Shown piece by piece: positions 25,343 through 34,804 of a stretch of 39,420 nucleotides of DNA. The notes under the pieces were generated by a model, which was not told where the DNA came from, ran no database searches, and worked only from the letters and a program-made list of their open reading frames with translations. Source of the DNA: Pseudomonadota bacterium (GTDB lineage Bacteria; Desulfobacterota; Desulfobacteria; Desulfobacterales; RPRI01); the NCBI GenBank assembly GCA_043825875.1, contig JBDRRF010000089.1, positions 1-39,420 on the forward strand, given 5' to 3'. How positions within the stretch are numbered: position 1 is the first letter of the stretch; each line of letters opens with the position of its first letter. The position numbers and the translations under genes are program-made.

Positions 25343-26706
25343 TGAATTATAAATCTATTAAGCATTATTATAAGATGGAAATATCTATGATCAGGATTTG
25401 GCAGGTAGTCTTGCTTACAGTGGCAATGCTCTTTTGTATTGTCTCTGTTACTGCTTATGCGGAGGTTCTTCCGGTAATAACTCTTTCTAAAGGTCTGAAA
25501 ATCGTTACTGAACAAGGCCGGGCTGTTAAAATCGCAGGGTTTAGCGAAAGAATTGCCGAGTCGGATGTTAATGTAGCACGTTCAGGTCTTCTGCCCAGAA
25601 TCGATGCTTCCGCAGGGCATACAAGTCTGGATCGTCAACCGGCTATGACCTTCAACGGGTTGGCAATCAATACTTCCGACTCCCATCACTATGCATACAG
25701 TATCAGCATACAGCAGATTCTGTTTGATTTTTATGGTAGCCTCTCACGATATGAGGCCAGCCGTATGCTCCTCGAAGCAAAACAATTCGATTCTGACAGA
25801 ATACGAAACTCAATCGCTTTAGAATTCACTGTAGCGTTTTATGAATTACTGGAGTCAGAACATCTGGTTGTTGCGGCAGACAAGGAGATTGAGCGGCTGG
25901 AGGCACATTACAGGGATGCGGACAAGCTTTACAAGGCAGGTGTTACTACCAGAAATGATCTTTTGCAGGTCCAGGTACGTCTGTCAGACGCCAGACAGAA
26001 GCAACTGACACTAAAAAATCTGGAAGCCTTGCGTTCGGCGAATCTTAACAATCTTCTTTTGAGACCCCTAAACAGTTCGGTCAGGGCCGAGGAGATAAAT
26101 AGTCCCATATTGCCGCCTTCCAATCCTGATCTGGAACAGTTATGGATGGAAGCTTTAAATAAGCGTGCGGAAATAAAAATTGTAGACCGGACATTAAATG
26201 CTATCAATCTTGAAACGGTTGCAAAAAAGTCGGAATTTTTGCCGAAATTTTTCGTGAGAGCATCAAATGATTATATGGAAAATTCCTACCAACTACATGA
26301 GAATAACTGGTCGTTGATGTTCGGGGTTAACATAAATCTTTTCGAGGGTGGACGTTCCATGGCAAACTTACAAAAAACCGGGTATCAAAAGAATCAGCTT
26401 CTGGAGCAACGGGCCAGGCTTGTTGATGAAATCAAACTGGAACTGCAGCGCTACACCCTTGATCTGCATAATGCTTATGCACGTATTCTGGCAAACCAGG
26501 ATGCCGTGGATCAGGCGCAGGAAAATTTGCGTATTAACAAAAGACGATATGAGGAAGGTGAAGGTACAGCTACACAAGTACTTGATGCCGTGACCCTTAT
26601 GACGAATGCAGAGACGAATCGCATCCGCTCTGTTTATGATTACCGAAGAGCGGAGGCAGCGACTCATTATGCTACCGGAATCGATTTAAGGGAAAGTTAT
26701 AAATAA
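25342..26706 (+). CDS. TolC-family outer membrane efflux protein
   Basis: Signal peptide (alternative start 25387); ARSGLLP, Q.LFDF, Y.AG.....DLL..QV, S.FLP, NLFEGG, RYEEG.GT...VLDA. Confidence 0.9.
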   Translation: MNYKSIKHYYKMEISMIRIWQVVLLTVAMLFCIVSVTAYAEVLPVITLSKGLKIVTEQGRAVKIAGFSERIAESDVNVARSGLLPRIDASAGHTSLDRQPAMTFNGLAINTSDSHHYAYSISIQQILFDFYGSLSRYEASRMLLEAKQFDSDRIRNSIALEFTVAFYELLESEHLVVAADKEIERLEAHYRDADKLYKAGVTTRNDLLQVQVRLSDARQKQLTLKNLEALRSANLNNLLLRPLNSSVRAEEINSPILPPSNPDLEQLWMEALNKRAEIKIVDRTLNAINLETVAKKSEFLPKFFVRASNDYMENSYQLHENNWSLMFGVNINLFEGGRSMANLQKTGYQKNQLLEQRARLVDEIKLELQRYTLDLHNAYARILANQDAVDQAQENLRINKRRYEEGEGTATQVLDAVTLMTNAETNRIRSVYDYRRAEAATHYATGIDLRESYK

Positions 26707-26720
26707 AAAGGAGTATTTAA

Positions 26721-27845
26721 TTGTTTGTGTCTAATCTCAGAAGAAAAAAAATATACATGGTTCTGTTGTTGATGTTTTTATTTTGCCTGATCTTTGCCGG
26801 GATTTTTTACAAAGACCGTTTTCAGGCAGCTCCTTTGATAGAGGATGATACCCCTCTGGTTCGTACCATGATTGTTGATAGTATTACTGATAATATAAAA
26901 AACTATTCGTATTCAGGAGAGGTTCGCGGCCGCAGGGAAAGTCAATTAGCCTTTCAGGTAGGTGGTAAAATAATCAAGCGATATGTGGAGCTTGGTTCCA
27001 TGGTCAAGCAGGGGCAAATACTGATGCAGATTGATCCTCAGGATATTGCAGAAACTGTAAACAGCCAAATTGCCCGGGTTGCTGCTATTAAATCCCAATT
27101 GGAATTGGCTGAAAAAAACCTGAATCGCTATCGGCAATTGTTTGAACAGGATGTGGTCAGCCGTGCACAACTTGACCGTTATGAAAGTACTTATGAAGTA
27201 GCACAAGCAACGTATCAGCAGGCAGAGGCTCAATATGTACAGGTATCAAACCAGTTAAAATACAGTTCACTGCGTACAGATCGTTCGGGTGTGGTTTCCG
27301 GAATCAGTGCCGAGGCAGGACAAGTCGTGGGTCCCGGACAGATTGTAATAACAATGGTAGATGAGAAAGAACTTGAGATTGAAATATATGTTCCTGAAAA
27401 CCGTATTGGTGATCTTAAAAATGTTACTTTGATCAAGATTACTTTCTGGGCTTTGCCTGATTTGATTGTTGCAGGCAAAATTCGTGAAATATCGCCTATG
27501 GCGGACCCCGTTTCCCGTACTTACAAGGTTCGCGTAAGTCTGTTACAACAATTGCCGGAAATCAAACTGGGCATGACAGCTAAAGTAGAAATCGCAGCTC
27601 CGGATGATCAAACCATTATTGCATCTATTCCCCTGTCAGCTCTGTACCAAACTAAAGAAACCCCCTGTGTCTGGATAGTCCGGGAAGAAAAAGTCTGGCT
27701 CAGACCGGTCAGGACGGGCATTTTCGGAAATGGCCGGGTTCAGATCTCGGATGGTTTGAAAACAGGAGAAGTTATTGTTACAGCCGGTGTTCATAAATTG
27801 CGTGAAGGTCAGAAGGTGAAAGTTATGGAAGGTGACAAAAAGTGA
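26721..27845 (+). CDS. RND efflux periplasmic adaptor (MFP)
   Basis: LAFQVGGKI..R.V..G..VK.GQ.L, coiled coil, GVV....AEAGQVV..GQ, ADPVSRTY.V, LGMTA.V, GL..GE.IVTAGVHKL. Confidence 0.92.
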   Translation: MFVSNLRRKKIYMVLLLMFLFCLIFAGIFYKDRFQAAPLIEDDTPLVRTMIVDSITDNIKNYSYSGEVRGRRESQLAFQVGGKIIKRYVELGSMVKQGQILMQIDPQDIAETVNSQIARVAAIKSQLELAEKNLNRYRQLFEQDVVSRAQLDRYESTYEVAQATYQQAEAQYVQVSNQLKYSSLRTDRSGVVSGISAEAGQVVGPGQIVITMVDEKELEIEIYVPENRIGDLKNVTLIKITFWALPDLIVAGKIREISPMADPVSRTYKVRVSLLQQLPEIKLGMTAKVEIAAPDDQTIIASIPLSALYQTKETPCVWIVREEKVWLRPVRTGIFGNGRVQISDGLKTGEVIVTAGVHKLREGQKVKVMEGDKK

Positions 27846-30800
27846 AATCCTTTAATCTGACAGAATGGGCGCTGAATCATAAGCAGATAATTTACTATTT
27901 TATCTTTATTACCTTTATTGGCGGCGTCATTGCTTATCAAAACCTGGGACGCATGGAAGATCCTGACTATACTATCCGCCAGATGATCGTAAGCGTTGCC
28001 TGGCCAGGTGCCAGCGCCAGAGAGATAGAAGAGCAGGTAACAGACAAGATTGAAAAAAAGCTCCAGGAAACGCCGGGTCTGGATTATCTCAAGAGTTACT
28101 CCACCCCGGGAAAATCCATTATATATGTTGCTTTAAAAGAAGATGATGTCCACGAAGACGAGGTTCGTCCAACCTGGCTTGAAGTGCGTAATATGGTCAA
28201 CGATATAAAGAGAACGCTTCCTCAAGGTGTTGTTGGGCCTTTCTTTAATGATCGCTTTGATGACGTTTTCGGTTGTGTCTATGCACTTACGGGTGACGGT
28301 TTTACATATGAGGAAATGCGGGAAAGAGCTGAAAAAATCCGCCGAAGCCTTTTGCGTATAAAAGATATCAAAAAAGTTGAGTTGTTGGGGGTTCAGCCCG
28401 AGATAATCACTATCGAGATAGAAAACGGCAAGCTTGCCTTATTGGGCATTGATCCGGCTGTTATTGCCCGCTTTGTTGCGGCTCAGAATGCCATGGCTCC
28501 TTCAGGCATGATGGAAACATCCACAGATAAGATATTTCTCCGAACAACAGGTATGTTTGAAAAGGTTAAGGAGCTTAAGAGTTTGCCAATTCGGGCCGGA
28601 GGACGTACCTTTCGCCTGGGTGACATTGCGGGTATCAAACGCGGTTACGCAGATCCACCGGAACCCAAGATGTTTTATAACGGCTTGCCGGCCATAGGTC
28701 TGGCAGCATCCATGGAAAAAGGGGGCAATATTCTGAACCTTGGGAAAAACCTCGATCAGGCTATAAAGCGCATCAAAAAAGAACTCCCCCTTGGTTTGGA
28801 ACTTAACACGGTGTCCGATCAGCCGCAAGTTGTGAAAGCTGCGATCAATGAATTCATTAAAGTTTTGGCGGAAGCAGTGATTATTGTAATCATTGTCTGT
28901 TTCTTAAGCCTGGGGCTGCGCTCCGGGCTTGTTGTAGCTCTTTGCATCCCACTGGTAATTGCAGGCGTATTTATTGCAATGCAACTCCTGGGAATCGACC
29001 TCCATAAGATTTCTTTAGGGGCGCTTATCATTGCACTGGGGCTTTTGGTGGATGATGCAATTATCGCCATAGAAATGATGACCGTTAAACTCGAACAGGG
29101 ATGGGACCGCTTTTCTGCGGCTTCCTTTGCCTATAAAGCAACGGCTTTTCCTCTTTTAACGGGAACCCTGGTTACGAGCGCAGGTTTCATTCCAGCGTTT
29201 TTTTCCAAGGGCAGTGCTACCGAATTTATCGGAAGCATTTTTTCGGTGGTAACGATTGCTTTGCTTATTTCCTGGGTGGTTGCAGTTACTGTCACGCCGC
29301 TGATCGGATTTAGCCTTGTGAAAGTAAAACATACTCCTGCTGGTCATGAGCATAATATCTATGATACATTCTTTTACCGGTTGTTCAAAAAAATTTTGGT
29401 ATGGTGTCTGACCTACCGTTGGCTGGTAATTGTGGCCACTGTGATATGCTTAATCGCATCCGTTTTTTTAATGGGAAAGGTGAAGAAAGAATTTTTCCCG
29501 GCCTCTACAAGACCGGAAGTAGTAGTTGAATTACGTCTGCCCGAAGGAGCATCGTTGCAAGCCACCGAACAGGAAGCACATAAATTTGCAAAACATATCG
29601 GCAACGATCCTGGCATTATCCAATATTCCTATTATGTAGGAAAAGGGGCGCCTCGTTTTGTTCTTACCGCCGAGCCTACGCTTCCCAACACCAATTTTGC
29701 GCAATTTATCATTTTAGCCAAGGACTTTGAAGCACGTAACAGGCTTGTGAAAAAAACAAAAAAAATATTTGCTACCAGCTTTCCAAATGTACGTGGTATT
29801 ACCAAAGTAATTAATACCGGGCCATCCGATGCCTATCCGGTAATGATTCGTGTTTCAGGGATCAACCATCAAAAGGTCCGTGACATTGCAAAACAGGTAC
29901 GTGATGTCATGGCGGCTGATAGTAATCTTAGGAATGTAAATCAGGACTGGAATGAAAAAAACAAAGTCATGCATCTAACCGTTGATCAGGACAAAGCAAG
30001 AATGCTTGGAATTGACAGCCGGACTTTGTCTCTTAACCTTCAGAGTCTTCTGTCGGGCGTACCGGTTGCCGAGTTTCGGGAAAAGGACAAGACCGTAAAC
30101 ATTGTGATTCGTGCAGATGCAAAAAACAGGTCCGATTTATCCGGAATCAAGGATCTTAATATACACATCGGCGGGGGCCGCTTTATCCCACTCGGTCAGA
30201 TCGCGACAATAAGCTACGATGCCGAAGAAGGCCTGATCTGGCGGCGGAACCTGAAGCCGACCATCACGGTACAGGCCGGAACAATTCCCGGTGTCTTGGG
30301 AAATGATGCAACTGCAAAAGTTTTCAAAAATCTGTCAGACCTTCGCAAATCTCTTCCACAAGGTTATAGCATTGAAATCGGTGGAGCCATGGAACTTAGC
30401 ATCAAGAGTACCCGCTGGCTTCTTGAACCTGTGCCATTGATGATTCTGATTATCACGACACTTTTAATATTGCAGTTGCATAGTATTTCCAAGGTAGTAC
30501 TGGTACTGCTTACGGCTCCCATGGGCATAATCGGTGTCAGCCTGGGGCTATTTCTTACGGGTCGGCCCATGGGATTTGTCGTCCAGTTTGGGATATTGGC
30601 TCTGGCAGGTATTATCATGCGCAATACCGTAATCCTGATCGACCAGATCGATCAGCAGCTTAAAGCCGGAGAATCGGTATGGAACTCGATTATAAATGCA
30701 ACAGTACTTCGTTTTCGTCCTATCATGCTAACCGCAGCAGCAGCTATTTTGGCCATGATTCCAATTTCATTCAGCGTGTTTTGGGGGCCTATGGCAGTAG

Positions 30801-30916
30801 CTATCGGAGGCGGCCTGTTTGGTGCGACAATAATGACACTTGTGTCTCTGCCGGCCATATATGCCGCATGGTACAAGGCGAAACCGGAAGATAAAGTACC
30901 ATCAGCTATAATTTAA
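27842..30916 (+). CDS. RND efflux transporter permease (AcrB/AcrD/AcrF family)
   Basis: 1024 aa; LGRMEDP, WPGASA.EIEEQVT, GLLVDDAII, GIIMRN..ILI, RFRPIMLT. Confidence 0.95.
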   Translation: MKSFNLTEWALNHKQIIYYFIFITFIGGVIAYQNLGRMEDPDYTIRQMIVSVAWPGASAREIEEQVTDKIEKKLQETPGLDYLKSYSTPGKSIIYVALKEDDVHEDEVRPTWLEVRNMVNDIKRTLPQGVVGPFFNDRFDDVFGCVYALTGDGFTYEEMRERAEKIRRSLLRIKDIKKVELLGVQPEIITIEIENGKLALLGIDPAVIARFVAAQNAMAPSGMMETSTDKIFLRTTGMFEKVKELKSLPIRAGGRTFRLGDIAGIKRGYADPPEPKMFYNGLPAIGLAASMEKGGNILNLGKNLDQAIKRIKKELPLGLELNTVSDQPQVVKAAINEFIKVLAEAVIIVIIVCFLSLGLRSGLVVALCIPLVIAGVFIAMQLLGIDLHKISLGALIIALGLLVDDAIIAIEMMTVKLEQGWDRFSAASFAYKATAFPLLTGTLVTSAGFIPAFFSKGSATEFIGSIFSVVTIALLISWVVAVTVTPLIGFSLVKVKHTPAGHEHNIYDTFFYRLFKKILVWCLTYRWLVIVATVICLIASVFLMGKVKKEFFPASTRPEVVVELRLPEGASLQATEQEAHKFAKHIGNDPGIIQYSYYVGKGAPRFVLTAEPTLPNTNFAQFIILAKDFEARNRLVKKTKKIFATSFPNVRGITKVINTGPSDAYPVMIRVSGINHQKVRDIAKQVRDVMAADSNLRNVNQDWNEKNKVMHLTVDQDKARMLGIDSRTLSLNLQSLLSGVPVAEFREKDKTVNIVIRADAKNRSDLSGIKDLNIHIGGGRFIPLGQIATISYDAEEGLIWRRNLKPTITVQAGTIPGVLGNDATAKVFKNLSDLRKSLPQGYSIEIGGAMELSIKSTRWLLEPVPLMILIITTLLILQLHSISKVVLVLLTAPMGIIGVSLGLFLTGRPMGFVVQFGILALAGIIMRNTVILIDQIDQQLKAGESVWNSIINATVLRFRPIMLTAAAAILAMIPISFSVFWGPMAVAIGGGLFGATIMTLVSLPAIYAAWYKAKPEDKVPSAII

Positions 30917-30956
30917 ACTTTATCTTGATTGATGAAATCATATAAAGCACTCAAAC

Positions 30957-31028
30957 CGTCATACCGACGAAAGTCGTTATCCAGAACATATTGAAATTGC
31001 TTGATACAGGATCGTGTTCTGCATGACA
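30957..31028. repeat. degenerate CGTCAT/ATGAC-type palindromic repeat
   Basis: CGTCATACCGACGAAAGTCGTTATCCAG ... GGATCGTGTTCTGCATGACA. Confidence 0.45.
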
Positions 31029-31410
31029 AAACAGGGATTATCCGACCTATTACATGTTTACTTTCTTCTTCAGTGTATTTCGTATGCTTCGTGGTTAAAA
31101 AAGAAATATATGTCTGCTATTAAAAATGTTTCCCGAAAGCCTTATCCTCCATCTTCAGACAGTATATTTTATTGATAGCTTCCTGCAATAGATCGAACCT
31201 TTTCATTAAAGTAATAGATTTCTTAAGAAAATTGTGATAACGGATTATTAAATCAGATTAGAAAAGAGACATCTCAGAAACAAACAAAACGAAAGAATAA
31301 GCAAAGGACAATATAGTTTTTGTGAACTTTTTTTGAATTATTGAACAATAAAAACCGGGTGCAGGCTGCGATCATAAAATATAAGGGTAAATAAGGAGGC
31401 AGGTCCGGGT

Positions 31411-32241
31411 ATGAGCAAAACGAAGAAGATCGAAGTCTTAAGCCGTGAAGTGTCGTTTTATCAGCATCGTGAGGAAGATTTTATTTCTCTGACGGATATT
31501 GCCCGGTATCGTGACTCAGAACGTGGTGACTACATCATACAGAACTGGATGCGAAACCGGAACACCATAGAATTTCTTGGTATCTGGGAGCAGCTTAACA
31601 ACCCAGATTTTAATTCCATCGAATTCGATGGAATTAAAAAACAGGCAGGATTGAACAGTTTTTCCCTGACGTCCAAACGGTGGATAGCCCAAACAGGGGC
31701 AATTGGAATCGTCGCCAAAACGGGCCGCTATGGCGGTACCTTCGCACATAAGGATATTGCCTTTGAGTTCGCCTCGTGGATATCGGTGGAGTTTAAGCTT
31801 TACCTGATCAAGGAGTTCCAGCGGCTGAAGGAGGAGGAACTCAAACAACTTGGGTGGGACATTCGGCGCAATTTGGCTAAAATCAACTACCGGATTCACA
31901 CAGATGCCATAAAAGAGAACTTGATCCCCCCGGAACTCACGCCGCAACAAATAAACTTGGTTTACGCCTCGGAAGCGGATGTTTTGAATATGGCCTTGTT
32001 CGGCATCACCGCCAAACAATGGCACAACAGCCATCCGGGTGAAAAGGGCAATCTTAGAGATTACGCGAATATGTCCCAACTCGTGTGCCTGTCCAACCTG
32101 GAAAATCTGAACGCACTTTTTATCCAGGAAAAGACGCCGCAGGGAGAGCGGCTCTGCAAGCTGAATCGGATTGCAATTCAGCAGATGAGTATTTTGACGA
32201 ACGACACCGGACTTAAACGCCTTGAAGCTGGGGACAAATAA
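31411..32241 (+). CDS. KilA-N domain DNA-binding protein
   Basis: DFISLTDIARY, IQNWMRNRNTIEFLGIWEQLNNPDF, GRYGGTFAHKDIAFEFASWIS.EFKLYLIKEFQRLK; RBS AAGGAGG. Confidence 0.9.
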   Translation: MSKTKKIEVLSREVSFYQHREEDFISLTDIARYRDSERGDYIIQNWMRNRNTIEFLGIWEQLNNPDFNSIEFDGIKKQAGLNSFSLTSKRWIAQTGAIGIVAKTGRYGGTFAHKDIAFEFASWISVEFKLYLIKEFQRLKEEELKQLGWDIRRNLAKINYRIHTDAIKENLIPPELTPQQINLVYASEADVLNMALFGITAKQWHNSHPGEKGNLRDYANMSQLVCLSNLENLNALFIQEKTPQGERLCKLNRIAIQQMSILTNDTGLKRLEAGDK

Positions 32242-32300
32242 CGAAAACATCGAGACGCTCTTTTAAAATTCAATTAAAATTCTGAATCTATCAATAGGAA

Positions 32301-32350
32301 AGCCAACAATCAGTTTCTGCCGATAAAGACGGCAGAACTGTGCGGTAGAT
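32301..32350 (+). mobile_element. attC site (short, R' mutated)
   Basis: AGCCAAC..CAGTT(T)CTGCCG-ATAAAGA-CGGCAGAACTG..GGTAGAT. Confidence 0.65.
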
Positions 32351-32370
32351 AAAAAATAATGTGAGGAAAT

Positions 32371-33069
32371 ATGATATCAAAGACAAAATGTATTTGTCTC
32401 TTTGCAGTAATGCTTATAATCACACCTAATATATCTATGGCAACATCGCCTGGATGTACAACTATTTTGGGTGCAATAATACATTTAAAAAATAATGAAA
32501 TATTAGATGGGTATATTGAAGCTAATGCGTACATGAATTCGTGTAATAAAAAAAGTCCTGATTATGAAAAAGACAATGAATATATTGAAACGTTTAAAGA
32601 ATATTTGGCAAAGGGCGGTGATATTGGTTCGTTAAGTGATGGACGAGACACAATTAAATTTATAAATAAATTAATAGATATTCAATATGGCAAGGTATCA
32701 AGACCTGTTATTACCAAGTCACACATTAAATTGATAAAAATGGACGATATAAGAAGCATTGAGAGCGTTTGCAGGAAATGGGATGGCCATAAGACCATGT
32801 CAAGTATTCCAATCATTACTGATTATATGGCCCAATATATATCTGCACATAAATTGGAAGCCTTTTATGAATATGATGAAGATGCCGAATTGCAAGCAGG
32901 TAAAATGTTGGAAGATTGTGGCCTTTGCGCATGTATTACAACATATTTAAGCTATAGCACTAAGTATTCCAGAAAAAAACTAATTAAATTAAGAAAAAAG
33001 ATTGATAAAATGCCAAGCAGTAAATTAGACAAGGAAAAAATAATCAAGTTCTTTGAGTGTTATGATTAA
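32371..33069 (+). CDS. cassette ORF: secreted Cys-containing hypothetical protein
   Basis: Very AT-rich; signal-peptide-like N-terminus; RBS GAGG; flanked by attC sites. Confidence 0.65.
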   Translation: MISKTKCICLFAVMLIITPNISMATSPGCTTILGAIIHLKNNEILDGYIEANAYMNSCNKKSPDYEKDNEYIETFKEYLAKGGDIGSLSDGRDTIKFINKLIDIQYGKVSRPVITKSHIKLIKMDDIRSIESVCRKWDGHKTMSSIPIITDYMAQYISAHKLEAFYEYDEDAELQAGKMLEDCGLCACITTYLSYSTKYSRKKLIKLRKKIDKMPSSKLDKEKIIKFFECYD

Positions 33070-33074
33070 TATTT

Positions 33075-33139
33075 TTCTAACCCGTCGCTGCACCCGATCG
33101 CAGCCCGCTGGGCTGCTCCGGGTGAGCTTTTCGTTTATG
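33075..33139 (+). mobile_element. attC site
   Basis: TTCTAAC-CCGTC-GCTGCACCCGATCGCAGCCC-GCT-GGGCTGCTCCGGGTGAGC-TTTTC-GTTTATG, classical architecture. Confidence 0.85.
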
Positions 33140-33161
33140 CCAAAAAACATAGAGAGACTTC

Positions 33162-33515
33162 ATGGCTTCAGGAGACGCACAACGAGTTTGGTTCCCTGAG
33201 ATGATTGAGGAACTTACAGCTCATTGGTCAACATCTATGACTTGAGCTGAACTAACTGACTTCTGTCAGAGAATGACAGCCAAAAGGAAACAAATTAGAG
33301 ACATCAGGGGAATCAAGCCTCCGCGATGTCGATGCAAAAAGTGTGGGACAGTATCTCAACAAGGTATTCATCCTATATCAATTCGATCAGCACTATTCAC
33401 TTTAAGGAATTCGGGTACTCTCTCAGAGGAAGAATTCAAGGAATTTGACAAAAAATGGAATAAATTTAGAAAAGAAAATAATCTTGACGCTTTTGGGAAT
33501 GAGATCGGGTTATGA
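33162..33515 (+). pseudogene. cassette ORF with a CxxC motif, interrupted by in-frame TGA at 33243-33245
   Basis: MASGDAQRVWFPEMIEELTAHWSTSMT*AELTDFCQR continues in frame into ORF 33273..33515. Confidence 0.7.
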
Positions 33516-33551
33516 CAGGAAGAAACATGCCCATTAGTTTAGGAGACAGCA

Positions 33552-33770
33552 TTGAGCAACAATAAGAACCAAAAATGGATTGAAGCAAAAAGGGAATTCC
33601 ATCTCTCAGATCTTCACATTAAAATGGCAAGAGAAATAGGATTGAATCCTAAAAAATTTGGTAGCCTTGCAAATCATAAACAAGAGAAATGGAAGGCACC
33701 CTTGCCCGAATTCATAGAAGAAATATATTTCAAACGATTCAAGAAAGAAAAACCCGATGAAAAGAAATGA
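33552..33770 (+). CDS. small basic conserved hypothetical protein
   Basis: TTG start after AGGAG; W..AK..F.LS...I.MARE.GLNPKKFG.L.NH.QE.WK.PL..FIE..Y.KRF. Confidence 0.7.
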   Translation: MSNNKNQKWIEAKREFHLSDLHIKMAREIGLNPKKFGSLANHKQEKWKAPLPEFIEEIYFKRFKKEKPDEKK

Positions 33771-34020
33771 GGTCACCCATTAAAGGGTTCGTCAAAAGAA
33801 AAAACACCCCCCTATTAAAAAAGATGGTCTCTTTTTTAAATGACGTGTCAGTCTGCACTCACTTGAAGAAATGGGGTCAATTCTATATTTGATCTTTTTC
33901 CAAATATATCATAGTTAAAATGTAAACTTTAATGGGTTACACCATTTGCTCTTCCCAAAAATCGAGGTGGATCTTTGTGAATCCCCCATTTACTGACACC
34001 GACCGTTCGCTTCAAACTCA

Positions 34021-34057
34021 TTGACATTAAAACGTTGTGATGTTATGATGTCATCAT
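34021..34057 (+). promoter_or_regulatory. sigma70 promoter and operator of the TA operon
   Basis: TTGACA-N17-TATGAT overlapped by TGATG repeats and the palindrome TGATGTCATCA. Confidence 0.7.
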
Positions 34058-34078
34058 CTTAAATTTGGAGGTGAAATT

Positions 34079-34312
34079 ATGGCAACATTATCAAAACGTT
34101 CAACTATCTATTTAGATCCGAATCTTCATCAGGCATTACGGCTCAAAGCTCTGGAGACATCGCGCTCAATGTCAGAAATAATTAATGAGGCATTGAAAGA
34201 AGCTCTTGCTGAAGATGCTGAAGATATTGCTGCATTCGATCAAAGAGCTGATGAACCTTTAATCAGCTATGAGCAAATGATCAAGAGGCTTAAAAAAGAT
34301 GGCCGAATATAA
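34079..34312 (+). CDS. RHH/CopG-family antitoxin
   Basis: KRSTIYLDPNLHQALRLKA.E..RSMS.IINEAL, acidic C-terminus; overlaps the toxin gene. Confidence 0.85.
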   Translation: MATLSKRSTIYLDPNLHQALRLKALETSRSMSEIINEALKEALAEDAEDIAAFDQRADEPLISYEQMIKRLKKDGRI

Positions 34313-34556
34313 AATATTTTTCAAAAAGTCGGTTTGGAATGATTTTAAATCAATTCCGGATAAAGATTTAGCAAAGATACTTAGCTGCATTGAATCACTT
34401 GGCGATAACCCGCACCAACCAACATGTAAAAAATTAAGCGGCCAAGAAAGATATCGTTTGAGATATGGCCGGTACCGCATAATCTATTCTATCCAAGATG
34501 ACGAACTTACTGTATGGATTGTTAAAGTTGGACATCGCAAAGATGTTTACAACTGA
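34299..34556 (+). CDS. relE: RelE/ParE-family toxin
   Basis: Y.I.F.KS..., L..NP....CKKLSG..RYRLR.GRYRIIY.I.D..L.V.IVKVGHRKDVY. Confidence 0.9.
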   Translation: MAEYKIFFKKSVWNDFKSIPDKDLAKILSCIESLGDNPHQPTCKKLSGQERYRLRYGRYRIIYSIQDDELTVWIVKVGHRKDVYN

Positions 34557-34804
34557 CGCTAACGAATAAAATAGGAATAGGGGGTCACCCCAATTTCGTG
34601 CCAATTTCCTTCATATAGTTTTTCCTTTGTTAATTTCCGGTATTTTGATATAGTTACATGTATTATGTGTTGAAATAGTAACTTATGTGAATATAATTCT
34701 TTGTAAATGAAAAAGACACAATGTTTTCGATAGATCATACAAAGAGTCAAAAATATGAAAGTTTAATGTGCTAAAAATCTGCACGATATGTTTAGAAAGA
34801 AATC

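Noticed and set aside
31516..32250. 244-aa antisense ORF
   Set aside because: Shadow of the well-supported KilA-N gene
33243..33245. Selenocysteine or recoded TGA
   Set aside because: No redox motif or evident SECIS, and other genes here end in TGA; a TGG-to-TGA mutation in a decaying cassette is simpler
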